This document shows positions 54,858 through 64,000 of a stretch of DNA of 64,000 bases, piece after piece. This DNA comes from Myxococcota bacterium (GTDB lineage: Bacteria > Myxococcota_A > UBA9160 > PR03). Made by a program: the position numbers and the translations under genes. How positions within the stretch are numbered: position 1 is the stretch's first letter; each line of letters opens with the position of its first letter. A model generated the notes under the pieces. It saw only the letters and a list, made by a program, of their open reading frames with translations. It had not been told where the DNA came from and made no database searches. The stretch is from positions 1 through 64,000 of the forward strand of contig JBFIML010000001.1 in assembly GCA_041611735.1 (NCBI GenBank), given 5' to 3'.

Positions 54858-56693
54858 CTAGCTGCGCGGCGGCGAGGCGGAGCCGCGCGGCGGATAGTCC
54901 AGGCTGTCGTCGAGGCGGGCGATGGCCTCCTGGGGGAAGCTGGGCAGGTAGAGCTCCTGCTTCTCGCGCCAGGTCTGCACCCGCTCCTCCGCCGCTCGCG
55001 TCTTCTCCGCGTCCATTCCCTCGCCCTTCTCCAGGTACGTGGTCTGGGAGGGGAAGGCGAACCCGCTGCCGCTTTCGTCCACGACGTCCATGATGCGCAG
55101 GTAGACGTCCTCCCGAACCGCCAGGAACTCGTTGAAGTCCCGGGTGTCCACGTATGCGAAGATCTCGAGGTCCAGGGAGTAGGCGCCGAAGCCCACCAAG
55201 CGCACGCGCGCCGGCTCCGGCGTGACCTTGGGATGCGCATAGAGCAGCTTGCGGATCTCCACCAGCACCCAGCGCAGCTGGTCGGGGGTGGTCTCGTAGC
55301 GCAGCCCGAGCGTGGCATGTATGCGCATGCGATCGCGGACGGCGAAGTTCTCGAGCTCCATCTGTGCGAAGTTCGCGTTGGGAATCGAGACGAGCGTGCG
55401 GTCCAGCGTACGCACGCGGGTCGAGCGCAGGCCCACGTCCTCGACGGTTCCCACCTTGTCGCCCCAGCGACAGAAGTCCCCCACCCGAACGGGACGGTCG
55501 GCAATCACGGTGATGCCGCCGAAAACGTTCTCGAGCGTCTTCTGGGCGCCGAGCGCCACCGCCAGGCCGCCCACCCCGAGCCCCGCCAGCAGCGTCGTCA
55601 CGTTGAAGCCGAAGTTCTGGAGCATGGCGACGAAGGCGAGCGCGCCGAGGATGACCTTGACCACGCGGCGTCCCAGGGGCAGCACCGCCGTCGCCGCGCC
55701 CTGCCCCTGGGCCACGAGGCGGTCCGAGACCCAGGCGCTGAACACGTCCACCACCCGGAAGGCCAGCCAGGCGAGGGCGACCACGAGCAGCGCCTTCTCG
55801 AGACCGGTGACCACGCGATCCGCCGGGATGGCCAGGGCCAGGAACGGTGTCCCCGCCGAGACCAGCAGCACCGCGAGCCACAGGCGCACGGGGGACCCGA
55901 TCTCGTCCAGCAGGCGGTCGTCGAAGTCGGTTACGGTGCGGGCTACGAGCGGGTGGAGGACGCGCAGCAGCAGTCGGGCCAGGTACCAGGAGAGCGCCCA
56001 GGCCACGATCACCAGCGCGAACAGCCCGATCCACTGCCAGAGCTGGATCTCGAGCATGCTCCATTCGAAGAAGGGGGCCGGGAGCAGGCGGCCCAGGACC
56101 CCATAGCCGAACTGGCTGTACAGGGACGGGACGCGCGCCACGGTAGCGGCCGAGAACTTCCAGATCCGAACGCCGTCCTCGGCGCGGGGCACGCGTTCCA
56201 CGAAGATGCTGACCGCACCACGCCGGGTCTCGATGCTTCCTACCCGGTCCCGATCCGGCGGGAGACCGTCGTCGGTGCGTCCCTCGGGCTCGTCGGAGAG
56301 TGCGTCCGGCTCGATCCAGAGCTTGCGGTCCAGGACCACCTTGAGCTGACGCGCGAGCACGGGCCCGCGGGTCTCGCGCTGCTCCCGGGGCACGCTTCGC
56401 AGGTCCAGGTACTGGGCGGCAGTCTCCCAATTGCCGGCCGCGGCGGCCTCCAGGTAGCCCACCACGGCGCCGCGAGGGACGCCCCGTTCCAGGGCGTCCT
56501 CGGGGCCCGCGGGGGGTGCGAGCGCGGCGTCCTTGGCCGGGCTCTCCACCGTGGGGGCCTCGGCCTCGGGCGCCGCGGGCTGGGCGGCGGCCGGGGTCGA
56601 GAGCAGGGCGAGCAGCAACGCTCCCGCGACGACGTCCAACAGGCGATGGGGGGGCGCGGCGGCCCCAAGGTGGATGGCGAGCATGGGGCGCAT
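54858..56693 (-). CDS. MscS-family mechanosensitive channel with periplasmic N-terminal domain
   Basis: LLAGLGVGGLAVALGAQ, DRPVRVGD, GLRSTR, IPN, FAFPSQT. Confidence 0.93.
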   Translation of the reverse strand: MRPMLAIHLGAAAPPHRLLDVVAGALLLALLSTPAAAQPAAPEAEAPTVESPAKDAALAPPAGPEDALERGVPRGAVVGYLEAAAAGNWETAAQYLDLRSVPREQRETRGPVLARQLKVVLDRKLWIEPDALSDEPEGRTDDGLPPDRDRVGSIETRRGAVSIFVERVPRAEDGVRIWKFSAATVARVPSLYSQFGYGVLGRLLPAPFFEWSMLEIQLWQWIGLFALVIVAWALSWYLARLLLRVLHPLVARTVTDFDDRLLDEIGSPVRLWLAVLLVSAGTPFLALAIPADRVVTGLEKALLVVALAWLAFRVVDVFSAWVSDRLVAQGQGAATAVLPLGRRVVKVILGALAFVAMLQNFGFNVTTLLAGLGVGGLAVALGAQKTLENVFGGITVIADRPVRVGDFCRWGDKVGTVEDVGLRSTRVRTLDRTLVSIPNANFAQMELENFAVRDRMRIHATLGLRYETTPDQLRWVLVEIRKLLYAHPKVTPEPARVRLVGFGAYSLDLEIFAYVDTRDFNEFLAVREDVYLRIMDVVDESGSGFAFPSQTTYLEKGEGMDAEKTRAAEERVQTWREKQELYLPSFPQEAIARLDDSLDYPPRGSASPPRS

Positions 56694-56801
56694 GGATCCT
56701 CCTCGCAGCCTCGTGGCGATCGAGGCCTGGATGGATCCCGGATTCTAGGCGGGCATGGCGAGACTTCGAGGCACACGCGGGTCGCGCGCAGGGAGCAGAA
56801 C

Positions 56802-56900
56802 GCCGCCGCCCGCCGCTTCGAAAGCCTCTTGGGAATTCGGATCCGCGGGGAGCCTTGAGAGCCCGTCCGAACGACCCGTCGAAGCGGCGACGGCGGCCGC
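56802..56900 (-). ncRNA. Candidate ~100-nt structured sRNA or mscS 5' leader
   Basis: 11-bp perfect stem 56811-56821/56879-56889 extended by 7 bp, inner stem TTCGGA/TCCGAA, begins at a predicted TSS. Confidence 0.45.
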
Positions 56901-56907
56901 GAAGAGT

Positions 56908-56936
56908 TGGTTAGCAAAATCATGACTCGGAGTCAA
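56908..56936 (-). promoter_or_regulatory. Leftward sigma70-like promoter overlapped by a palindromic operator
   Basis: Minus strand TTGACT-N17-TAACCA with TG extension; palindrome TGACTC-G-GAGTCA at 56923-56935. Confidence 0.55.
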
Positions 56937-57004
56937 TTCTCTGCGCCAGGTCCGGGGATCCCGGCCCGGGCTGCCTATACTCCGCCTCTCCCTGGAGGTC
57001 CGCG

Positions 57005-57916
57005 GTGCGACGCGTCGCCATCGGCATCGGGGCAGCCCTCGGGGTGCTCGCCGCCCTCGCCGCCATCCTCGGCTACCAGCGGGTCTCCACCCTCGAAGTG
57101 GTGGCCGTGCAGGGCGATGTCCACGTCCTGTTCGGTCTGGGCGGCAACGTCGGCATCCTCCGCACGGAGCGCGGTGCCGTGGTGGTGGACACCATGACGT
57201 TCCGGATGCAGGGGGAGCGCATCCGGCTGTTGGCGGAGCGCCTCGGAGGCGGCCCGGTGCAGGCGGTCCTCAACACCCACTACCACCGCGACCACACCCA
57301 CGGGAACCCGGCCTTTCCCGCGGGCCTGCGCATCGTGGCCACCGCCCGCACCTTGGATCACCTGCGCACCCGGGACGCCGGGTTCTGGCGCGGCCCGACC
57401 GCGGAGAGGCTCCCCAGCGAGACCTTCGTGGCCGAGCACGAGCTGCGGATCGGCGGCAAGACCATCCGCGCCCTGCATCCGGGACGCGGGCACACCGACG
57501 GCGATTTGGTGGTGCTCTTCGTCGAGGATCGCGTGGTCCACCTGGGCGACCTGCTCTTCCAGGGGCGCTACCCGACCGTGGATCTGGAGGCCGGCGGCTC
57601 GTTCCCGGCCTGGATCGAGAGCCTCGACCGGGTGCTCGAGCTCGAATTCGACCGGGCCATCCCGGGGCATGGCCCGCTGACGGACCGGGAAGGCCTGCGC
57701 GCCTTCCAGGACTTCCTCCGCGAGGTGTGGCAGGTGGCGGAGGACGCCGCCCGCGCGGGCCTCTCCCTGGAGGAGACCCTGGCCCGGGCTCGCCTCACGC
57801 GCGACGCGGGCTACGAGCGGATCTGGGTGCCGTTCGTGGTTCGCATGGACCGGGACCTGGTGCTGCGCCGGGCCTGGCAGGAGGCCAGCGGCGCCGCCGC
57901 GGGCCCGCAGGGTTAG
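57005..57916 (+). CDS. MBL-fold metallohydrolase (cyclase-like)
   Basis: NTHYHRDHTHGN, GHTDGD, GD, IPGHG. TATACT -10 at 56976. Confidence 0.9.
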   Translation: MRRVAIGIGAALGVLAALAAILGYQRVSTLEVVAVQGDVHVLFGLGGNVGILRTERGAVVVDTMTFRMQGERIRLLAERLGGGPVQAVLNTHYHRDHTHGNPAFPAGLRIVATARTLDHLRTRDAGFWRGPTAERLPSETFVAEHELRIGGKTIRALHPGRGHTDGDLVVLFVEDRVVHLGDLLFQGRYPTVDLEAGGSFPAWIESLDRVLELEFDRAIPGHGPLTDREGLRAFQDFLREVWQVAEDAARAGLSLEETLARARLTRDAGYERIWVPFVVRMDRDLVLRRAWQEASGAAAGPQG

Positions 57917-57957
57917 TGCCAGTTGGTGCCAGGCTGGGGACCGAAGGAGGAAACGTC

Positions 57958-58734
57958 GTGGACGTGGGCAGGCTCTTCTCCGTGACCGGCAAGACGGTGC
58001 TCGTGACCGGCGGATCCCGTGGCATCGGACTCATGATCGCCCGCGGTTTCGTGGCCGCCGGTGCCCGCGTGTACGTGGCGTCGCGAAAGGCGGCGGACTG
58101 CCAGCGCGCTGCGGAGGAGCTGTCGCGGGAGGGGACCTGCCAGGCCCTGGTCGCCGATCTCTCCAGCGAGGCGGGCGCACGGGCCCTGGCCGAGGCGTTC
58201 GCGGGGCGGGAGCCGGCGCTGCACGTGCTGGTGAACAACGCCGGCGCGAACTGGGGCGCCCCCCTCGCCGAGTATCCGGAGTCGGGCTGGGACAAGGTGA
58301 TGAGCCTCAACGTGAAGGGCGTCTTCTACCTGACGCGCCACCTGCTGCCCCGCCTCGAGCAGGCGGTCCGGCCCGGCGACCCGGCGCGGGTGATCAACGT
58401 GGGGTCCATCGACGGCCTGCACGTCCCGCTTCTCGAGACCTACGCCTACTCGGCCAGCAAGGCGGCGGTGCACCACCTGACGCGGGTTCTGGCGCGGCGG
58501 CTGGCGCCCCAGGGCATCACCGTGAACGCCGTGGCACCGGGGCCCTTCGAGAGCAAGATGATGGCCGAGACACTGCGACGCTTCGGGCAGGAGATCCGCG
58601 CCAGCTGCCCGCTCGGGCGCATCGGGGAGCCCGAGGACATGGCGGGGGTCGCCCTCTACCTGGCCTCGCGCGCCGGGGCCTACGTGACCGGCGCCGTGAT
58701 CCCCGTGGACGGTGGCATCGCCACGACGGTGTAG
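57958..58734 (+). CDS. SDR family oxidoreductase (RhlG-like)
   Basis: TGGSRGIG, NNAG, YSASK, APGPF. AAGGAGG RBS. Confidence 0.93.
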   Translation: MDVGRLFSVTGKTVLVTGGSRGIGLMIARGFVAAGARVYVASRKAADCQRAAEELSREGTCQALVADLSSEAGARALAEAFAGREPALHVLVNNAGANWGAPLAEYPESGWDKVMSLNVKGVFYLTRHLLPRLEQAVRPGDPARVINVGSIDGLHVPLLETYAYSASKAAVHHLTRVLARRLAPQGITVNAVAPGPFESKMMAETLRRFGQEIRASCPLGRIGEPEDMAGVALYLASRAGAYVTGAVIPVDGGIATTV

Positions 58735-58742
58735 GCCAGGTC

Positions 58743-59972
58743 CTACACGAAGATGCCGGCCACGCAGCCGGTCATCAGCGTGGCCAGGGTGCCCGAGAGG
58801 ATCGAGCGCAGGCCGAGCCGCGCCACGTCGGGGCGGCGCGAGGGAGCCAGGCCGCCGATCCCGCCCAGCAAAATGGCCAGGGAGCCGAAGTTCGCGAACC
58901 CGCACAGGGCGTAGGACGCGATCACCGCCGAGCGGGGCGCCAGGTTCCCCTCCGCCACCTGACGCGCCAGGGCTTCGTAGGCCAGGAACTCGTTGAGCAC
59001 CGTCTTGAGGCCGAGCAGCGAGCCCACCGCCGGAGCATCGGCGAGCGGGACGCCCATCAGCCAGGCGAGCGGCGCCAGCACCCACCCGAACACCCGTTGC
59101 AGGGTGAGGTCCGGCACGCCGACCCAGGCGCCGGCCCCGGCCAGGGCGTCGTTCACCAGGGCGATGCCGGCCACGAACGCGACCAGCATCGCTCCCACGT
59201 AGGCGGCCAGGCGCAACCCGGTCAAGGCGCCGAGCGAGGCTGCGTCGATCAGGTTCGCCGCCGGCCGCTCCACGCGCACCCGCCCACCGCCTGCCGTCTC
59301 CGGCGTCTCCGTCTCCGGCACCATCACCTTGGCCACCACCAGCCCGGCGGGCGCCGAGAGCAGACTCGCGGTGACCAGGTGGCCCGCGTAGTCGCCGCCC
59401 AGGATCCGCGCGTAGGCCACCAGGACCGAGCCGGCGATGGTGGCCATGCCGGTGGTCATCACCGCGAACAGCTCCGAGCGGGTCATGCGCTCCAGGTAGG
59501 CGCGTACCAGGATCGGCGCCTCGGCCATGCCCACGAAGATGTTGGCCGCCGCGGCGAGGCTCTCGGCTCCGGAGGTCCGCAAGGTGCGCGAGAGCGCCAG
59601 GCCGAGCCCATCCACCACCCGCTGCACCACGCCCAGGTGATGCAGCACGGAGAAGAGACTCCCCATGAAGACGATGATGGGGAGCACGTGCACGGCGAAG
59701 GAGAAGCCGGAGCCCGCCAGCGCTCCGAACACGAACTCGACGCCGGCGTCGGTGTACGCCAGCAGCCCGGCCACCGCGGCATTCACGCCCACGAAGAAGC
59801 GGCGTCCGGCGGCCGTCTCCAGCAGGAGCAGGGCGAGGGCGAGCTGGAGGGCGATGCCCCACGCGATGGTGCGCCACGGCATGCGCCGGCGGTCCACGGA
59901 GAAGATCCAGGCGATCCCCACCATGGCCAGCAGCCCGAGCGCCGAGATCGCCCGCAGGCCCAGCTCGCTCAC
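58743..59972 (-). CDS. nupC: Concentrative nucleoside transporter (CNT/NupC family)
   Basis: SGAES...NIFVG..EAP, GMATIAGSV, KTVLNEF, ALCGFANFGS. Confidence 0.9.
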   Translation of the reverse strand: MSELGLRAISALGLLAMVGIAWIFSVDRRRMPWRTIAWGIALQLALALLLLETAAGRRFFVGVNAAVAGLLAYTDAGVEFVFGALAGSGFSFAVHVLPIIVFMGSLFSVLHHLGVVQRVVDGLGLALSRTLRTSGAESLAAAANIFVGMAEAPILVRAYLERMTRSELFAVMTTGMATIAGSVLVAYARILGGDYAGHLVTASLLSAPAGLVVAKVMVPETETPETAGGGRVRVERPAANLIDAASLGALTGLRLAAYVGAMLVAFVAGIALVNDALAGAGAWVGVPDLTLQRVFGWVLAPLAWLMGVPLADAPAVGSLLGLKTVLNEFLAYEALARQVAEGNLAPRSAVIASYALCGFANFGSLAILLGGIGGLAPSRRPDVARLGLRSILSGTLATLMTGCVAGIFV

Positions 59973-60615
59973 CGCGGCGCGAAGGCTCGCGCCAGGGCGC
60001 GCGCCGCCGCCTCGGGATCCGGGGCGCCGGCCACCGCCGAGATCACCGCCGCCGCGGCGGCGCCGCTGCCGGCCACCTGCGCCGCTCGCGACGCGTCGAT
60101 GCCGCCGATCGCCACGGCGGGGCGGGGGGCGGCCAGCCGCACCGCCTCCGCCAGCTCCGCGAGCCCGCGCGCGGCGTACGGCGAGGTCTTCGAGTGGGTC
60201 CCGAAGACGGGCCCGAAGGCCACGTAGTCCACGGGCTCCGCCCCCGCGGCGCGCACCTGCGCCAGATCGTGGGTCGAGCGGCCGACCAGCAGCCGCGTGC
60301 GCGCCGCAGCCGGCAGGCGCGCGGGGGGCAGGTCCTGCTGGCCGAGGTGTACCCCGTCGGCTCCCGCGGCCAGGGCGAGGTCGAAGCGATCATTCACTAC
60401 GAGGAGCGCTGCGTGGCGGTCGGCCAGCGCTCGCAGGGCCCGGGCCCAGGAGAGCGTCTCGCGGTCGGTGGCGTGCTTGGCGCGCAGCTGCACCACCCGG
60501 GCCCCCCCGGCGAGGCCCGCCCGGGCCTGCTCCACGGGATCGTGCTTCCAGCGCGGGTCGTCATCGGCGATCACGTAGAGACCGCGTACCCAATCCGCCG
60601 CCGGGCGGTTGCGGG

Positions 60616-60619
<4 letters not shown>
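59969..60619 (-). CDS. thiE: Thiamine-phosphate synthase
   Basis: VQLRAK, VNDR, GVHLGQ, GRSTH, GPVF.T.SK, AIGGI. Confidence 0.92.
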
Positions 60620-62048
<1,429 letters not shown>

Positions 62049-62052
<4 letters not shown>

Positions 62053-63125
62053 GAAGCCCTCCGCAGCGGCAGGGTGACGCGCGCGCACGTTCCCCGCCCG
62101 GGCACGCTCTCGAGCTGGAGGATCCCGCCGTGCAGGGCCACGAAGTGCCGGGCCAGGGCGAGGCCCAGGCCGCTCCCCCGGGCCTTGGTGGTGACGAAGG
62201 GCGTCGTCACGCGGGGCAGCAGCTCCGGCGCAATCCCGGCGCCGCTGTCCTCGAACTCGATCACCACGCCGGGCAGGCGCGCACCGTCCGCGGGGTCCAG
62301 GCGGTGATCGAGGCTCATGCGGGTCACGATCCGGAGTCGACCTCCCTCGGGCTCCATGGCCTCGAGCGCGTTGCGCGCAAGATTCAGGAAGACCTGGGTG
62401 AGGCGGTCCGCGTCGGCCCGCAGCTCCGGGATCGAGGGGTCGAAGCGCCGTTCGAGCTTCGTGTGCGCACCGAGCGGATCCATGGCAAGCAGATCGAGCA
62501 CGTCGTCGAGCACCCGGTGGAGATTCACCGGGCTGGGGCGCAGCGCCTCGGGCCGACCGATGGCGGAGAGATCGTCCACCAGCGTGGCGATGCGATCCAC
62601 CTCGCGCACGATCAGCTCGGCGGTCTCCCGGCTCTTCGCGTTCTCGGCGCGCGCCGCTAGCAGCTCGGCGGCCCCGCGGATCCCGCCGAGGGGGTTCTTG
62701 ACCTCGTGCGCGATGCCCGAGGCGATCCTGCCGAACTCTTCGATGCGCTCCCGTTCGCTCCAGAGCGCACGCAGGGCATTGCCGAGCGTCCGGTCGCGCA
62801 GCACGACGACCGCCCCATCGATGCGCCCGTCGGGGTCGAGCAGCGGCGCGCTGGCCACGTCGGCCACGACCGGGGCGACGAAGGGCCGCTCGATCGGCAC
62901 CTCGTTCTCCGCAGCGGAGGTGCCGGTGCGCAGGGCGCTGCGGGCCAGATGGGCCAGGCGGGGGCCGCCCGGGAGGCGCTCGAGCGGGCGCCCGGCTCCG
63001 CCCTCGCTGGAGACGCCCAGGATGCGCGAGGCCTCGGCGTTCATCTGCTCCACGCGCTCGTCGCTGCCCACGACCACGATCCCGTCGAGGACGGCATCGA
63101 GCACGTTGCGCAGATCGCGAGGCAT
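62049..63125 (-). CDS. ntrB: NtrB-type PAS sensor histidine kinase
   Basis: PAS domain, AHEVKNPLGGIRGAA, FDPSIP, NLARNA, DSGAG, GSGLGL. Confidence 0.85.
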
Positions 63126-63156
63126 GGGAAGCTTCCTGAGGACCGCCCGGCAGGAC

Positions 63157-63173
63157 TGCCTAATTTTTGGGCA
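63157..63173. promoter_or_regulatory. NtrC-type binding site
   Basis: TGCCTAATTTTTGGGCA (TGC-N11-GCA with AT-rich core), about 30 bp upstream of the ntrB start. Confidence 0.7.
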
Positions 63174-63225
63174 ACGGTACCGGGTCCGGTTGGTCGCGTC
63201 GAGGAAGCCGACGCAGGGGGGAAGC

Positions 63226-63825
63226 ATGCGGCGGATGGCCGGGATTGGCCTGTGGGCAGGGCTCGCGCTGGTGGCCGGGGTGGCCTCGGGGCAGGGCGCA
63301 CCGGGTACGGGTACCGGGAGCGGCGGCTTTCCCTGGCCCGACGACTGGCCGGTCTGGGGACCCCGCGCGCGCCTCGGCGTCCAGGTGCAGCCCATGAGCG
63401 AGGAGCTGCGCGAGCACATGGGGGCGCCCCGCGACCGGGGCATCCTGGTGGCGCGCGTCGCCCCGGGGAGTGCCGCGGAGAAGGCGGGCCTGCGCGTGGG
63501 AGACGTGGTGCTCTCGAGCGACGGGGAGCCGGTCCGGGAACCCCACGACCTGGTCTTCGCCGTGGCCTCGGCGCCTGCCGGCTCCCAGCTAGTGCTCGAG
63601 CTGCTGCGCGAGGGCAAGAAGCAGCGCGTCTCCGCGGCACCCGAGGGCGAGCCCGCGCCCGGCCTGGACCGGGAGGCGTGGCGCGCCATGCGGGAGCGCA
63701 TGAGCCGCGGTCTCGAGCAGGGTCGCAAAGAGCTGCTGCGCCGGCTGGAGGAGCTCGAGCAGCGCCTGCGCGAGCTCGAGCAGCGCCTCGACGAGACGGC
63801 GCCGCGCGAGCAGGAGAAGACCTGA
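63226..63825 (+). CDS. Exported PDZ-domain protein with C-terminal coiled coil
   Basis: Signal peptide; RLGVQVQ, V.PGSAAEKAGLRVGDV; LEELEQRLRELEQRL. Confidence 0.85.
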   Translation: MRRMAGIGLWAGLALVAGVASGQGAPGTGTGSGGFPWPDDWPVWGPRARLGVQVQPMSEELREHMGAPRDRGILVARVAPGSAAEKAGLRVGDVVLSSDGEPVREPHDLVFAVASAPAGSQLVLELLREGKKQRVSAAPEGEPAPGLDREAWRAMRERMSRGLEQGRKELLRRLEELEQRLRELEQRLDETAPREQEKT

Positions 63826-63833
63826 AGCCCGGC

Positions 63834-64000
63834 TCAGGCCAGCCGACCGAGGACCTGGCGCACCGCCTCCGGATCGACGCGGCCGGTCACGCCGCCGGCG
63901 GGGGCGAAGCGCACGGCGTCGAGCGCCTGGAGCAGGTCCACGGCCTCCCGGACCGGGGCCGACAGGGGATGCGCGGTGAGAAGCTCGGGAGTCGCCCGTT
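63834..64000 (-). CDS. 3' end of a gene running off the window (possibly a BatD-like C-terminus)
   Basis: Frame reads ...TPELL...EAVDLLQALDAVRFAP...LGRLA*. Confidence 0.45.
   Translation of the reverse strand, partial: RATPELLTAHPLSAPVREAVDLLQALDAVRFAPAGGVTGRVDPEAVRQVLGRLA

Noticed and set aside
56786-56946. 6S RNA or SRP RNA interpretation of the hairpin
   Set aside because: It lacks the SRP CAGG..GGAA..AGCAG motif. The core rod is short for 6S, and the outer pairing would include the promoter itself.
57916-57932. GTGCCAG direct repeat or antisense sigma54-like site before the SDR gene
   Set aside because: GG-GC spacing is off by one and it points antisense; too short to support a call.

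Overview
This is a very GC-rich, densely coding bacterial window with about 60 genes and no rRNA, tRNA, CRISPR array, transposase or prophage that I can see. Gene content (DUF6178-like protein, REC-like/PilZ protein, standalone transpeptidase, HpnN-type transporter) suggests a Myxococcota/deltaproteobacterial genome (inference). Most genes are housekeeping or metabolic: inositol-phosphate synthase with a degenerate CDP-alcohol transferase, pcm, a MoxR module, GH31, GGT, a hopanoid-type transport trio, a FadR-AGPS-GlpD-DAG kinase operon, queuosine salvage, nadE, apaH/DHH, grxD/NifU, MscS and ntrBC-thiE-nupC. The most interesting signals are: (1) a ~500-nt non-coding region at 42145-42650 with its own sigma70-type promoter and many nested and long-range helices, a candidate large structured ncRNA matching no family I recognise; (2) a ~100-nt structured RNA/leader at 56802-56900 under a promoter overlapped by a palindromic operator; (3) two copies of a hairpin MITE-like element with compensatory terminal-repeat changes that sit on stop codons; (4) an Fe-S aldo-keto reductase with an internal twin-arginine motif after two transmembrane helices. 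All calls are by-eye motif recognition without database searches or folding software, and many start codons are estimates.
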